Shown: piece by piece, positions 17,838 through 27,069 of the stretch
Layout: every line of letters starts with the position of its first letter
Position numbering within the stretch: position 1 is the first letter of the stretch
IMG/VR virus record: IMGVR_UViG_3300037313_001869
Span: 352,001-416,000 of that record
Strand: one strand, 5' to 3'
Source of the DNA: a virus
Lineage: Duplodnaviria > Caudoviricetes
DNA length: 64,000 bases
Made by a program: the position numbers and the translations under genes
The notes under the pieces: generated by a model
Database searches by the model: none
The model's input: only the letters and a program-made list of their open reading frames with translations
Told to the model about the DNA's origin: nothing

Positions 17838-17880
17838 ACGTAGGGGATTTTCATAAACGGAAACGGTGTAGCTAGCTTGC

Positions 17881-18705
17881 ATGTACGACACGTTTGGCAC
17901 GCTCCTTCCTGAGCAAAAAGACGCACTTCGGCCCTTCGTTCGCGGGCGCAAGGTGACCGACCTCGGCGCCGGCAGCGGGGGCTTTTCTCTCGACCTGCTC
18001 ACCATGGGAGCGAGCGAGGTCACGGCCGTCGACAAGGAGGAAATGTCTCTTCCGCCTCGCAAGGGGCTTCGCGCCGTACGGACGTACTTCTCTTCCTTTT
18101 CCGACACGATCGACGTGGCGTTCCTCTCGTGGCCAGCGAACCGCAACGATCGGGACCTCAACGATCTCCTCGCGTCGGCCCCCACGGTCGCCTACCTCGG
18201 CAAGAACACCGATATGGTCTCGTGCGGGTCCACGGGGCTCTTTGTCGGCCTGCTCGGCCGGCCGATCCTCGCCTACGTGCCCGACCGCAAAAACACCCTG
18301 ATCGTCTACGGCCCCAAAGCCGAAAGCGGCCCAAGGCTCGTCCGGGGCGAAGAGGCCGCGGGCCTTCTGCTCTACAACCCCGACACGGGCGAGCCCTGGC
18401 GGTACGAAGAGGCGGAAGGTACCTCGCCAGAGCGGCTCACCGAGATGGTCGATAAGCCCGGCTACCGGCCGAAGCTACGCTTTGCCGAGCTGGAGGATGG
18501 CACGGTCGTGTGCGTTTCGATCCAGCCCGTGAACGAGCACGAGTCGACCCTCGTGCTGAACGGTGATCGGATGCGGAGTCTCTACGAAAACAGCACGGCC
18601 GCCGACGACGCCCGGCGCCTCGTCGAGATCCGCTACCGCTCCAGGATCGTTCGCTGGAGCGCCGACGGACCCGGCAAGGCTCACTTGCCCTTGAAGGCCA
18701 CGTAG
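17881..18705 (+). CDS. class I SAM-dependent methyltransferase-like protein
   Basis: VTDLGAGSGG and VTAVD motifs. Confidence 0.7.
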   Translation: MYDTFGTLLPEQKDALRPFVRGRKVTDLGAGSGGFSLDLLTMGASEVTAVDKEEMSLPPRKGLRAVRTYFSSFSDTIDVAFLSWPANRNDRDLNDLLASAPTVAYLGKNTDMVSCGSTGLFVGLLGRPILAYVPDRKNTLIVYGPKAESGPRLVRGEEAAGLLLYNPDTGEPWRYEEAEGTSPERLTEMVDKPGYRPKLRFAELEDGTVVCVSIQPVNEHESTLVLNGDRMRSLYENSTAADDARRLVEIRYRSRIVRWSADGPGKAHLPLKAT

Positions 18706-19589
18706 AGAAGCAGGGCGGGTACCTTGCGGTTCAGGCCCGCCTTGACCCGAGCGGTCATGTTGTAGAGGGCCGAGTTCCGGGCCGCGAGCGCAGCCTTGTG
18801 CAGGGCCTCCCAGTGAACGGCCGAGACCGTGCCGGGCCGGTAGTAGAGGAAGTTCTTGCCCACCATCTCGTCCCGCGCCTCGTCGATGATGGCTTCGAGC
18901 TTGTCGAGCGGCAGAAGAAGCTCGGCATCTTCCCGTGGGATGGCCGGGGCGTTGATCGAAGCGAAGATGAGGCTGCGAGCCGTCACTTTCAGGATCTCGA
19001 ACTCGATCCACGCCCCCATCGCATCTTCGTCGTTCTCGATCGCGTCCGGCAGCCGGAGATCCACCTCGTCCGGCCGGATGCCCGGGTTCTTTTCGTAGAG
19101 GCTCTCCCGGGTGCGGGCGATGGCGTTCTCGAAGTCGATCCTCGCTTCCTTGGCCGCCTGGTTACGGTTCTCGACCATGCGCGAAGCGTAGAAGGCGCGC
19201 ATGTACCGGACGAACGCCGCCGTCGCCTTCGCCGCCTTGACCAGGAACTCCTTGTCGAAGCTGTCGATCTTCGACAGGTTGCTCTTGTACTTCTTGACGA
19301 ACTCGACGATCGCCCGGAGCTTCAGCTCCGACGCCTTCGGGGCGCTGATCTTCAGCTCGTCGTATTCTTCCTTCGCCTCACGCATGTCGGCGATCTCCTG
19401 GTCCTTCAGGATCTCGTCGATCTGGTCGCCGCGGTAGTCTTCCGACGAACCCTCCCCCTTCTTCAGGCAGTAGGCCATGGCCGCGAAGCGGGCCGGGTCG
19501 GCCCAGTGGACCTCCTGAAAGACCGTCTTGATGTCGGTGATGTGCGCCCGGCGAAGGACGCGATGGGTGAGCGGGTCGAGACGCTTCAT
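18681..19589 (-). CDS. helical hypothetical protein, possibly virion-internal
   Basis: MKRLDPLTHRV; ATGA overlap. Confidence 0.75.
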   Translation of the reverse strand: MKRLDPLTHRVLRRAHITDIKTVFQEVHWADPARFAAMAYCLKKGEGSSEDYRGDQIDEILKDQEIADMREAKEEYDELKISAPKASELKLRAIVEFVKKYKSNLSKIDSFDKEFLVKAAKATAAFVRYMRAFYASRMVENRNQAAKEARIDFENAIARTRESLYEKNPGIRPDEVDLRLPDAIENDEDAMGAWIEFEILKVTARSLIFASINAPAIPREDAELLLPLDKLEAIIDEARDEMVGKNFLYYRPGTVSAVHWEALHKAALAARNSALYNMTARVKAGLNRKVPALLLYVAFKGK

Positions 19590-20770
19590 CGGGAGACCTC
19601 GATCAGAAGAAGATCCGAGAGGGGCCGGGCGAGCAGGTTGGACGCCTCGGCCGAAGAGACGCGCGAGAGGAGCTTCGCGTAGCGGCTCGCCAGGTACTTG
19701 CCGTCGGCTCGGTAGATCGCCTGGAACTCTTCCTTGTCCTCGTAGTATTCGAGCGCCTGGGTGAGGGCCAGGATGCACTCGGTCGGCTCGTGGGTGAGCG
19801 AGAAGACCAGGTCGCCGAGCGCGAGGGCTTGCGAGTGGGCCTTCATCCGGGAGAGGTTCAGCACCGTGCCGTCGTCGACCACCTTGGTCGTACGGTTGAG
19901 CATCTGGACGAAGCGCTTCTCCTCGCACGTCGCCGGGTCGAGCTGCCACTGCCGCCCGTTGACCCGGACGTGGATGTCGTAGCTCTCGTACTTCGCGTTC
20001 GGGCTCCGGTCCGGACCCCGGCGAAGCTCGTTCAGCTTTTGCCGAAGCTCGTTCTCCTCGAAGACGATTTCGACGATCGGGGCCCGATCGACCTTCTTCT
20101 TGGTCGCCCCCATCCCGAGCGTCTCCAGGGTCGTCTTCATCGGCGCCCCGCCCCGCTGCCTCGCCGCCCTCTTGTACGTCTGTTCGGTCAGCTTGCCGCC
20201 CGGCCAGACGTTCCAGTTCCGGACCGGGCTCGCAAACCAGCGGTCCCCGAGCTTGCTGAGGGCCTTGCTGATCTCCTTGCCCACGTCGCCCTTGACCGGC
20301 GGAAGGACGAGCGCCTCGACCTCCCACCAGTATTGGGGCTGGCCCGTCGGCGAGTGCTGGATGCCCGCGACCACGACCTTGCCGCCCTTCACCCCCACGA
20401 AGGCCAGGCACGAGTAGACCTTGCCGCCTCCGTTGCTCCCGCCCCACATCTTCCAGTCCACCCCGGAGGCGATGCCCGCTTTCGACAGCTCCCCGTCGAG
20501 CGTTGCTTCCTCCGCCCCCTCGGGCGGCTTCGGCTCGTCGTCGTCGAGGTCGAGCGGCTCGTCGAACACGTCCCGCTCTTCTTCCGCGACCCGAAGGAGC
20601 AGATCCTTCGCCGCGTGCCCGACAGGGCCGAGACCCCGGGATGCCTCCCAGGCGCGAGCAATCGACGCCGCCGTACGGGTCTCGCTCTGGGGCAGGCCAA
20701 GAACTAGGGCCGCTTGCTCGGGCGTGAGAGACGCTCGCTTGACCCAGTAGCTCGCTTCGATTTTGCGCAT
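19586..20770 (-). CDS. hypothetical protein, possibly virion-internal
   Basis: 394-aa ORF after TAAGCCTCTTGT motif. Confidence 0.8.
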   Translation of the reverse strand: MRKIEASYWVKRASLTPEQAALVLGLPQSETRTAASIARAWEASRGLGPVGHAAKDLLLRVAEEERDVFDEPLDLDDDEPKPPEGAEEATLDGELSKAGIASGVDWKMWGGSNGGGKVYSCLAFVGVKGGKVVVAGIQHSPTGQPQYWWEVEALVLPPVKGDVGKEISKALSKLGDRWFASPVRNWNVWPGGKLTEQTYKRAARQRGGAPMKTTLETLGMGATKKKVDRAPIVEIVFEENELRQKLNELRRGPDRSPNAKYESYDIHVRVNGRQWQLDPATCEEKRFVQMLNRTTKVVDDGTVLNLSRMKAHSQALALGDLVFSLTHEPTECILALTQALEYYEDKEEFQAIYRADGKYLASRYAKLLSRVSSAEASNLLARPLSDLLLIEVSR

Positions 20771-20788
20771 CGCAAGACGAGCTTCCTC

Positions 20789-20800
20789 ACAAGAGGCTTA
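20789..20800 (-). promoter_or_regulatory. class III (late-like) motif TAAGCCTCTTGT
   Basis: 11/12 identical to 40970-40981. Confidence 0.5.
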
Positions 20801-20859
20801 TTCTTGCGATGGCCATGGACCCAAAAAAATTTGGGAATGGACGCGACGTTTTCCCCGGA

Positions 20860-21204
20860 TCAGTGGATCGTGCGCGGCAGCTCGTCCCTCAGATCGAGCG
20901 CCCGGGCGTCCTCGATCATGAGCCCGATCAGATCGGGGCTCTCGACCGTGGGATCGGCGGGTACCGCCCTCGCCGCCACGATCCTCTCGCCGAGCCCGAT
21001 CCCCCGGGCCAGGGCCGGCAGCTTCGAGACGGGCAGAGGCCGCCGGCTCACGTAGGGCCGGGTCTGATCTTCGGCCACGCAAAGGCACGCCCAGACCAGG
21101 CCCTCGACCGGCGTGGGCGTCACCGTCAGAAACCCAAACTCCCCACGGCTCCCGCGCAGAGCGAAGAGCCACCTCGTGGTCGTGCTGAACGTCGGCAGGT
21201 TCAT
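20860..21204 (-). CDS. hypothetical protein
   Basis: GGTGTA upstream. Confidence 0.65.
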   Translation of the reverse strand: MNLPTFSTTTRWLFALRGSRGEFGFLTVTPTPVEGLVWACLCVAEDQTRPYVSRRPLPVSKLPALARGIGLGERIVAARAVPADPTVESPDLIGLMIEDARALDLRDELPRTIH

Positions 21205-21212
21205 GTCAAAGA

Positions 21213-21236
21213 GTACACCGGTGATCTTCGGTGTAG
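21213..21236. promoter_or_regulatory. back-to-back class II CGGTGTA motifs at a divergent junction
   Basis: GTACACCG...CGGTGTAG between ATG 21204 and ATG 21248. Confidence 0.6.
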
Positions 21237-21247
21237 AGAACCGGGCG

Positions 21248-21757
21248 ATGCACCCCTCCGAGCGCCTCGTGGCCTTTCTCTATGACCTCATGCGGGACAA
21301 CCTCCCGGTCGGCACCGTCGAGCAGCTCGTGCGGAACAACGAGCCCATCGGGCTCGGCGAGATGGTCACCTACTCGAACAAGTACCTCGCGACCTACGCC
21401 CGGGAGCTGGCCATCCGGCTCACCTCGGTCATCGTCCAGACTCCGCACGAAGAAGCCGCGACCCTGCCCATCACCCGCATCCTCTACGGCCTCGCCTCCC
21501 ACCGGCTCGTCCCCTTGCAAAATCTTGGGCCCATCGTCGATCAGGTCGTCAAATGCCCCAAGACCCCGACGAGCATTGGAGGGGTCCGGGTCCCGGCCCC
21601 TTCGCCCGCGGCCCGGCTTCTCTGCGTCCTCGCCGCCAACAACATTCCCTTCGACAAACTCCCGCCCGGCACCTCGATCGCCGACCCGCCCGATCTCGAC
21701 GTGGGGCTCTGGCAAGGCTGCCGCGTCTGGGCGAGACGCATCGTAGAGGAGACCTGA
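21248..21757 (+). CDS. hypothetical protein
   Basis: MHPSERLVAFLYDLMRD. Confidence 0.75.
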   Translation: MHPSERLVAFLYDLMRDNLPVGTVEQLVRNNEPIGLGEMVTYSNKYLATYARELAIRLTSVIVQTPHEEAATLPITRILYGLASHRLVPLQNLGPIVDQVVKCPKTPTSIGGVRVPAPSPAARLLCVLAANNIPFDKLPPGTSIADPPDLDVGLWQGCRVWARRIVEET

Positions 21758-21759
21758 CC

Positions 21760-22212
21760 ATGAAAGTCCTGGAAAAAGGCACCCCCACCGCTCCCACCTG
21801 GACCGCCGAGGTCCTCTGCACCGGCGTCGGTACCGGAGGGGGCGGCTGCGGCGCCAAGCTCCTCATCGAGAAGGACGACGTGGTGGCCGTCCCCCACCCC
21901 GACGGCCACGCCGCCCAGATGTTCGCCTTCTGCTGCCCCGAGTGCGGCGTCGAGACGGGCATCGCTTCGGTACCCAGCTTCGTCCGGAGCCAAGCCCGGG
22001 TGATGCCCGCCCAGGCCCCGGTCGACTCCGGCGAAACGGCCCGGCTCATCGCCCGGATGACCGAGGCCCGCATCGCCGTCGAGGCGATCCGCCCCCCTTC
22101 GCACCGGGGCTCTTGCCCCATCGAAGACGACACCTCGTACGCCCCGTGCAACTGCGGCGCAAGCGACGTAGAGCGGGCGATCGAAAAAGCCAAAACCCTC
22201 CTGAGGGTCTGA
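21760..22212 (+). CDS. zinc-ribbon protein, paralogue of 22871-23158
   Basis: CTG..GGGCGAKLLIE...CPECGVET. Confidence 0.8.
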   Translation: MKVLEKGTPTAPTWTAEVLCTGVGTGGGGCGAKLLIEKDDVVAVPHPDGHAAQMFAFCCPECGVETGIASVPSFVRSQARVMPAQAPVDSGETARLIARMTEARIAVEAIRPPSHRGSCPIEDDTSYAPCNCGASDVERAIEKAKTLLRV

Positions 22213-22216
22213 CCCC

Positions 22217-22624
22217 ATGCCCAAAACCCGGTTCGATCACATCTGCGGGGACGACGCCCCACCCCCCGTAGAAAAGGGCGTCTACAACACGGCCCCCGTC
22301 TGGCCCAAGGAAGACCGGTACGCCGCTCTGACCCGGATTCGCGAGGCCCGCCTGGCCCAGTGCCGGAAGAGGGGCTGCGTGGGCTGCCCTACGTGCCGGG
22401 CTATCGAGCGCGTCTTCGAGGCCGACCGGCAAGACGAGAGAAAGAAGGCCCGCGAGGCCGAAGACCAGGCGTGCATGGAAGAGCTACGGATTCTCTTCCA
22501 GGACCGGTGGCCCGACCCCATCGAGCTGATGGCGCAGGTTCTCGCCTTCATGAAAGACGCCCGTGTGGCCGGAGTCAACTTGCCCAATCTGATCCGGCAG
22601 TTGAAAGCTACCAAAGGGGTGTAA
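22217..22624 (+). CDS. hypothetical protein, N-terminal TRFDH motif
   Basis: MPKTRFDHICGDD; Cys cluster. Confidence 0.75.
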   Translation: MPKTRFDHICGDDAPPPVEKGVYNTAPVWPKEDRYAALTRIREARLAQCRKRGCVGCPTCRAIERVFEADRQDERKKAREAEDQACMEELRILFQDRWPDPIELMAQVLAFMKDARVAGVNLPNLIRQLKATKGV

Positions 22625-22634
22625 GGGCCAGGAC

Positions 22635-22874
22635 ATGAAAGCCAAGGTCGTCGAGTTCAACGTCATGCCCTTCGATCCCTACGAGCTGTGCGGGCTGCCC
22701 CCAGGGATCTCTCACATCCTCCTTCGCTTCTACGCCGACCCGGAGGCTACAGCCAGGATCGTGCGCTTCTTCAAGGAGAACGGCTTCATCATGGACGCCG
22801 ACGCCTCCCCTCCCCCTGGACCCGACCCTATCCTCACCGAGGGTGTCCCTGCCCTCCCGGAGAAAACGCCATGA
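22635..22874 (+). CDS. hypothetical protein
   Basis: GGTGTA upstream. Confidence 0.7.
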   Translation: MKAKVVEFNVMPFDPYELCGLPPGISHILLRFYADPEATARIVRFFKENGFIMDADASPPPGPDPILTEGVPALPEKTP

Positions 22875-23158
22875 GAGTCCTGAAGAAAGGCACCGGCCAG
22901 CGTGGCTGGAGCGTCGAGGCCGAATGCACCGGAGCCAACAACGGCGGCGGCGGGTGCAGCGCGAAGCTCCTCGTCGAGCAAGACGACCTCTACAAGACCT
23001 ACTCCTCCGACCGCCCCGGCTACCAGATGCACATCACCTTCCGCTGTCCCGAGTGCGGCGTCGAGACGGACGTGCCCGACAACAAAGTCCCGGGCCACGT
23101 CGTCTCGAAGCTCGTCGACAAGAAGGACAGGCACCCTACCGACCGGGACCCGCTCTGA
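22871..23158 (+). CDS. zinc-ribbon protein, paralogue of 21760-22212
   Basis: CTG..GGGCSAKLLVE...CPECGVET. Confidence 0.8.
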   Translation: MRVLKKGTGQRGWSVEAECTGANNGGGGCSAKLLVEQDDLYKTYSSDRPGYQMHITFRCPECGVETDVPDNKVPGHVVSKLVDKKDRHPTDRDPL

Positions 23159-23664
23159 TGAGCGACGCCATTCTTGCCCAGGCTCGTATCTCGTTCCGGA
23201 GTCTTGGCGTCCGCGACGCGAACCTTCGGATTGAACCTTCCATCGAGGAGCGGACCGCCCGCGGACCCGACGAGGGCCCGTTCGCTTCGCTCCTCGAAGC
23301 CACCGTTCCCTCAGGACGGACCTACCACCTGGTGAGGGGCGACGAAGACCTCGTCGTGGGCTACCTCGCGATCCGTAACGGCAGGGTGGTCGAGTGCGGC
23401 ATTTCGTGGATCGCCACCGACATGGCCCTGGGCCTTTCGGTTCTTCTTCCCGCCCCCATGGCCACGGTCCGGATCATTGATGCCCCGTGGTTTCACCTCC
23501 GGGCCCTTTGGGTCACCGACCCCTCGGGTCTCGAACGCTGCTGGGTCGGAACGCCCCCCTTCCCCTGGGACGGACCGAAGGGGGAGCAAACCCCGGAGAC
23601 TGTCTGCCACGCCCTCGCGAACAGGACCCCGGAAGGAGGCATGGTCACGGTCTTTCTCGACTGA
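23158..23664 (+). CDS. hypothetical protein
   Basis: TGATG overlap. Confidence 0.65.
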   Translation: MSDAILAQARISFRSLGVRDANLRIEPSIEERTARGPDEGPFASLLEATVPSGRTYHLVRGDEDLVVGYLAIRNGRVVECGISWIATDMALGLSVLLPAPMATVRIIDAPWFHLRALWVTDPSGLERCWVGTPPFPWDGPKGEQTPETVCHALANRTPEGGMVTVFLD

Positions 23665-23667
23665 GCC

Positions 23668-23958
23668 TCAGGTGACGAACGCGCCCCAGCCGGCGAGGTT
23701 GACCGCGAGCACGGCCGTTTTGTGGGGAACGGCCAAGAGCGTGCGCAGCAAGTCATCGGTCGGCTGGCCCGGCTGCATCGGTAGATCGAGCCTCCGACCC
23801 GCCACCCGGACGATCCCCCCCTCGTCCCAGTAGGCCGCGAGGCCGGAGAGATCGTAGCTCTCCGTCGAGCACGCGCAGTCCGTCTGCACGTCGAGGTGGA
23901 AGGCTTTCAGCAAATCCTTGCTCACGCCAGAGAGCCGGAAGACGGGGTCGTCAGCCAC
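23668..23958 (-). CDS. hypothetical protein
   Basis: ORF. Confidence 0.6.
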   Translation of the reverse strand: MADDPVFRLSGVSKDLLKAFHLDVQTDCACSTESYDLSGLAAYWDEGGIVRVAGRRLDLPMQPGQPTDDLLRTLLAVPHKTAVLAVNLAGWGAFVT

Positions 23959-24436
23959 GCTTCTCTGCCTTCGCCCTGCGCCTCGCCATGTACCCGGGCT
24001 TGTAGTCGGGCAGCCGAACCACCGGACCCTCCGAGAACGAGGCGTACCAGAAGATCCCGTTGTGGCCCGGGTCCTCGTCCTGGTTGTGGCACCGGAGCGT
24101 CAGCACTTGGCTCATCGGACGCTTGTAGTGGATCTCGTCGCGGACCGAGACCACGACGTACTTCCACATCCCCTCGGTCCCTCGTCGCGGCGTCGCAAGA
24201 TCGGGCGCATGGTCGATGATGTAGAGCCGGTGCCCGAGCGGCCTCTTGAACGACGGCTGCTTCTTGCCCTCTCGCTTCCGGGTGAACGAGTAGCCGTAGC
24301 CCGCGTAGATCCCGGGGGTGCAATACTTCGGCCGAAGGTCGTCCTCTCGTTCGATCCCCTCCTCGATCAGCACGGCCAGGGTCGTGCGGTAGCGGGAAGG
24401 GTCGATCTCAGGTTTGCCCGTCAGGTCGATCAGCAT
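23951..24436 (-). CDS. hypothetical protein
   Basis: GGTGTAG upstream. Confidence 0.75.
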   Translation of the reverse strand: MLIDLTGKPEIDPSRYRTTLAVLIEEGIEREDDLRPKYCTPGIYAGYGYSFTRKREGKKQPSFKRPLGHRLYIIDHAPDLATPRRGTEGMWKYVVVSVRDEIHYKRPMSQVLTLRCHNQDEDPGHNGIFWYASFSEGPVVRLPDYKPGYMARRRAKAEKRG

Positions 24437-24443
24437 CCCTTCC

Positions 24444-24638
24444 CTACACCAGCCACGACTCGAACGGGAGAAGCTCGTAGCCCACCGGCACGAGCTTCTT
24501 TACCCCGCCCTGCCCCCAGACCCAGGCGTGGGTCCCCAGCGCTACCCAGGCGTCCGCTTCTTCGAGGCTCGTCGCCGAACCAAGGCTGAGATTCGGCAAG
24601 ACCACGCCGACAACCTCCGTCACGCTCCAGCCCCTCAC
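24444..24638 (-). CDS. hypothetical protein
   Basis: GTGA overlap; start uncertain. Confidence 0.5.
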   Translation of the reverse strand: MRGWSVTEVVGVVLPNLSLGSATSLEEADAWVALGTHAWVWGQGGVKKLVPVGYELLPFESWLV

Positions 24639-25096
24639 CCGATCTTGTCCCATCGCGTGCTCCTCTTCTCTTCTTCCTCGAACTTCGCGTACGCCAGGCG
24701 GGCACGGTAGAGCGACTCCCGCGCCTCTTCCTCGTCGTGGTGGCACTCGGTCTCGCCGAACCTCCCGTCGGTGACGAGCCACACGTCGTCCTCGACCCTT
24801 CTCATCCTCGGCCCAAGCTCCAGGTCGGGCTCCGTCCTCATGTGCCAGTCCACCCCCACCTTCACGAGCCCCCGGTCATGCAAGGTCAGCGCTGCCGACG
24901 AGACCTCCCCCCGAGAGCCCTCGTAGGGGTACTCGTTCGGCATCAGCCCCTCCTCGCCTCGTTCGTGAACCGCGAGCAGAAGCCGGACTTCAAGATCGGT
25001 GAGCGGGCGCAGGGCCATGGCCCGGGTACCTACACCGGGCTTGGCGGTGAGCCAGTAGTTGGGCGTCGGGACGACACGCAGGTCACGGGGGCTCAT
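24635..25096 (-). CDS. hypothetical protein (wHTH-like), ends STRWDKIG
   Basis: ATGA overlap; alternative start MALRPL after GGTGTAG. Confidence 0.65.
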   Translation of the reverse strand: MSPRDLRVVPTPNYWLTAKPGVGTRAMALRPLTDLEVRLLLAVHERGEEGLMPNEYPYEGSRGEVSSAALTLHDRGLVKVGVDWHMRTEPDLELGPRMRRVEDDVWLVTDGRFGETECHHDEEEARESLYRARLAYAKFEEEEKRSTRWDKIG

Positions 25097-25323
25097 GGTT
25101 TGACCCCGACCTCTGCCAAGGCCCGAAGGGCCCGGGCGTCCTCTTCCCTCCGGATGAGGTCCATCAGGAGCTTCGGCCTCGGGTCGAGGCCAAGCGCCCG
25201 ATCCAGAAACCGATCCTTCCAGGCGAACCGGACGTAGGGCGTAGGACCCGGGAGACTCTCGACCTGAAGCTCTCCGGCCAGGATGGCGATAACCCGCGCG
25301 TCTTCGTAGTCAGCGATCGTCAT
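25093..25323 (-). CDS. hypothetical protein
   Basis: ATGA overlaps. Confidence 0.7.
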   Translation of the reverse strand: MTIADYEDARVIAILAGELQVESLPGPTPYVRFAWKDRFLDRALGLDPRPKLLMDLIRREEDARALRALAEVGVKP

Positions 25324-25616
25324 GGGGTTGCTCCGCAGTCAGGACAAACCGAACGAGGCGTCGGCCGGACCCAGTCGCAGATCGGGCACGCCCTCGCGTC
25401 CATGTACCGGTCGGCGCAGCCGTGGCACTGCCTCAGCCCCCGGCCCCGATCCCCAGGGACGCCGCACGACCCGCCGAGGAGCCTCCCCCCGCACACGTCA
25501 CACCGACTCCCGCGGTAGGCCCGGTACCGAGCCCGCGACCACGCCGCAGCCCACCGGAGCAAGGCCCCTACCACGACCCCGAGCCCGAACACGGCAAGGG
25601 CTGCGGGGCTGGTCAC
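25320..25616 (-). CDS. membrane-anchored multi-CxxC protein
   Basis: N-terminal TM, four CxxC. Confidence 0.65.
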   Translation of the reverse strand: MTSPAALAVFGLGVVVGALLRWAAAWSRARYRAYRGSRCDVCGGRLLGGSCGVPGDRGRGLRQCHGCADRYMDARACPICDWVRPTPRSVCPDCGATP

Positions 25617-25993
25617 GGCTTCTTCTTCCGGTCTTCGAGCCGCTCGGGCACAGCCCTCTTGAACATCGCCGAAGCCCGCGCCTGCGTCATGCCCGGGACC
25701 CGCTTGACCATCTGGCCCACGAAGTAGTCCTTGGCCCGGTGGTAGAGCACGACCCGGTTCACGACCGCCTCGACCCGCGTGAGCCCCACCCTCGTGCAAG
25801 GCTCACACGACAGCTCCCACGGCTGCGGGTGCTGCCGATAGTCCTCGCAATAGAGGGCCCGAGAACGGCCGCAGCTCTGGCATTTACCCCTGGCCTTCCA
25901 GACCTTGAAGTGGAGGTCGCCGACGCTCTGGTGGATCGTGAACGTCTCGGGCTCTTGCGGCAGGGCCGGTGTTTTCTTGGGCTTCGGGGGCAT
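25613..25993 (-). CDS. zinc-finger protein
   Basis: CQSC...CEPC; GGTGTA upstream. Confidence 0.75.
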   Translation of the reverse strand: MPPKPKKTPALPQEPETFTIHQSVGDLHFKVWKARGKCQSCGRSRALYCEDYRQHPQPWELSCEPCTRVGLTRVEAVVNRVVLYHRAKDYFVGQMVKRVPGMTQARASAMFKRAVPERLEDRKKKP

Positions 25994-26054
25994 GGGACCT
26001 ATTTACACCCGTGGACCGAAAAAATGGCCGGGGGAAAATTTTGGAGCCGGGCTC

Positions 26055-26231
26055 CTAGTCCCGATCGGTCTCGACTTCGGCGCGGACCTCGGCCTTCGCC
26101 CCCGTTCGCTCCGCTTGCGTCTCGATCTGCTTTCGCTTCGACCACGCCCGCTTCTGGTTCCGGGACCCGAGCACCGTGTCCTTCCAGAACTTGCAGCGCT
26201 GTCCGTACCGGCTCTTGTTCGACCTGCTCAT
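26055..26231 (-). CDS. 58-aa basic protein (absent from ORF track)
   Basis: MSRSNKSRYGQRCKFWKD...ETDRD; purine-rich RBS. Confidence 0.55.
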   Translation of the reverse strand: MSRSNKSRYGQRCKFWKDTVLGSRNQKRAWSKRKQIETQAERTGAKAEVRAEVETDRD

Positions 26232-26535
26232 GATTTACCGCCTTTCCCCAGAAAAAGAACCGGGGGACTTTTTAGGAGGCCCGGGCCTCCGAGGGGCCTT
26301 TTCGGTTTTACCTGAAAAATGCGGCCGGGCCAGTTTTTCCATGGGAGATACCGGGTTTTGCCCGGTCACGATCCATTTCCGCTCGCCTACTGAATACGCC
26401 CATTTACGCTACCCGTGCAAAACGAAAACGATAATGAAGCGGTTTTTCGTTGCACTTCCGGAGGGTCTACCCAGTGACCCCCGGAGATACGTTTCAGTCT
26501 TACGAGCGGGTTCGATGGGCACTACCCTCCCGTCC

Positions 26536-26721
26536 ATGCAAGAAAAAAGCGATGCGATCGAGAGACCGAACCGCAAGATGCGCCGGGCCGTGGCGAAGAC
26601 CTACCGATCGAACCCAGGGGCCGAGGTGGTAGGTCTTGAGCTACCGCGCGAGGACATGACCCGCGACACGAAGAGGCGCGAGGGAGGGAAGACGGGCCGG
26701 TTCTTCCCCTCGGGCACGTAA
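26536..26721 (+). CDS. small basic protein
   Basis: MQEKSD...NRKMRRA; TAA stop shared with convergent TTA. Confidence 0.6.
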   Translation: MQEKSDAIERPNRKMRRAVAKTYRSNPGAEVVGLELPREDMTRDTKRREGGKTGRFFPSGT

Positions 26722-26997
26722 GTCAACGAAGAAATCGCGAAGGGCCTTCTTGGCCTCTGCGAGGGTGGAGAAGCTCTTCTCGTCGAGGGCGTCTGCCCCC
26801 GGGCGGGAGAAGGCCCGGCCCACGAGGGCCACCTTGTAGCCGGTGACCTCGACCCTCTGCTGTCGGGTCGAGCCCACGTAGGAGACGGAGACCTCCCGCT
26901 CGATGTAGCCCACGAGGGCCTCGCCGTGGTGGACGAGGGCCGAGGGGTTGTTGCCGGGGGTGACCTTGCCGAGCTTGCCGAAGGAGAGGAGGGACAT
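26719..26997 (-). CDS. hypothetical protein, ends at TTA
   Basis: MSLLSFGK...ALRDFFVD then TTA; class I motif upstream. Confidence 0.7.
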
Positions 26998-27004
26998 GGG
27001 GGAG

Positions 27005-27031
27005 AGACGAGCGGGAGGGGGGCTTTTTTCC
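27005..27031 (-). promoter_or_regulatory. class I promoter-like motif
   Basis: GGAAA-N17-CGTCT. Confidence 0.75.
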
Positions 27032-27069
27032 AAAAAAGCCTTCCCCAGGGGGGTGTACTGGAGGGGGCG

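Noticed and set aside
20640-20730. J-domain at the N-terminus of the 394-aa protein
   Set aside because: Only helix I/II-like resemblance; no HPD motif.
26176-26535. In-frame TTAs near 26273 and 26500 as counter-examples to TTA termination
   Set aside because: They lie in the AT-rich upstream extension of the track ORF; the credible gene starts at 26536.
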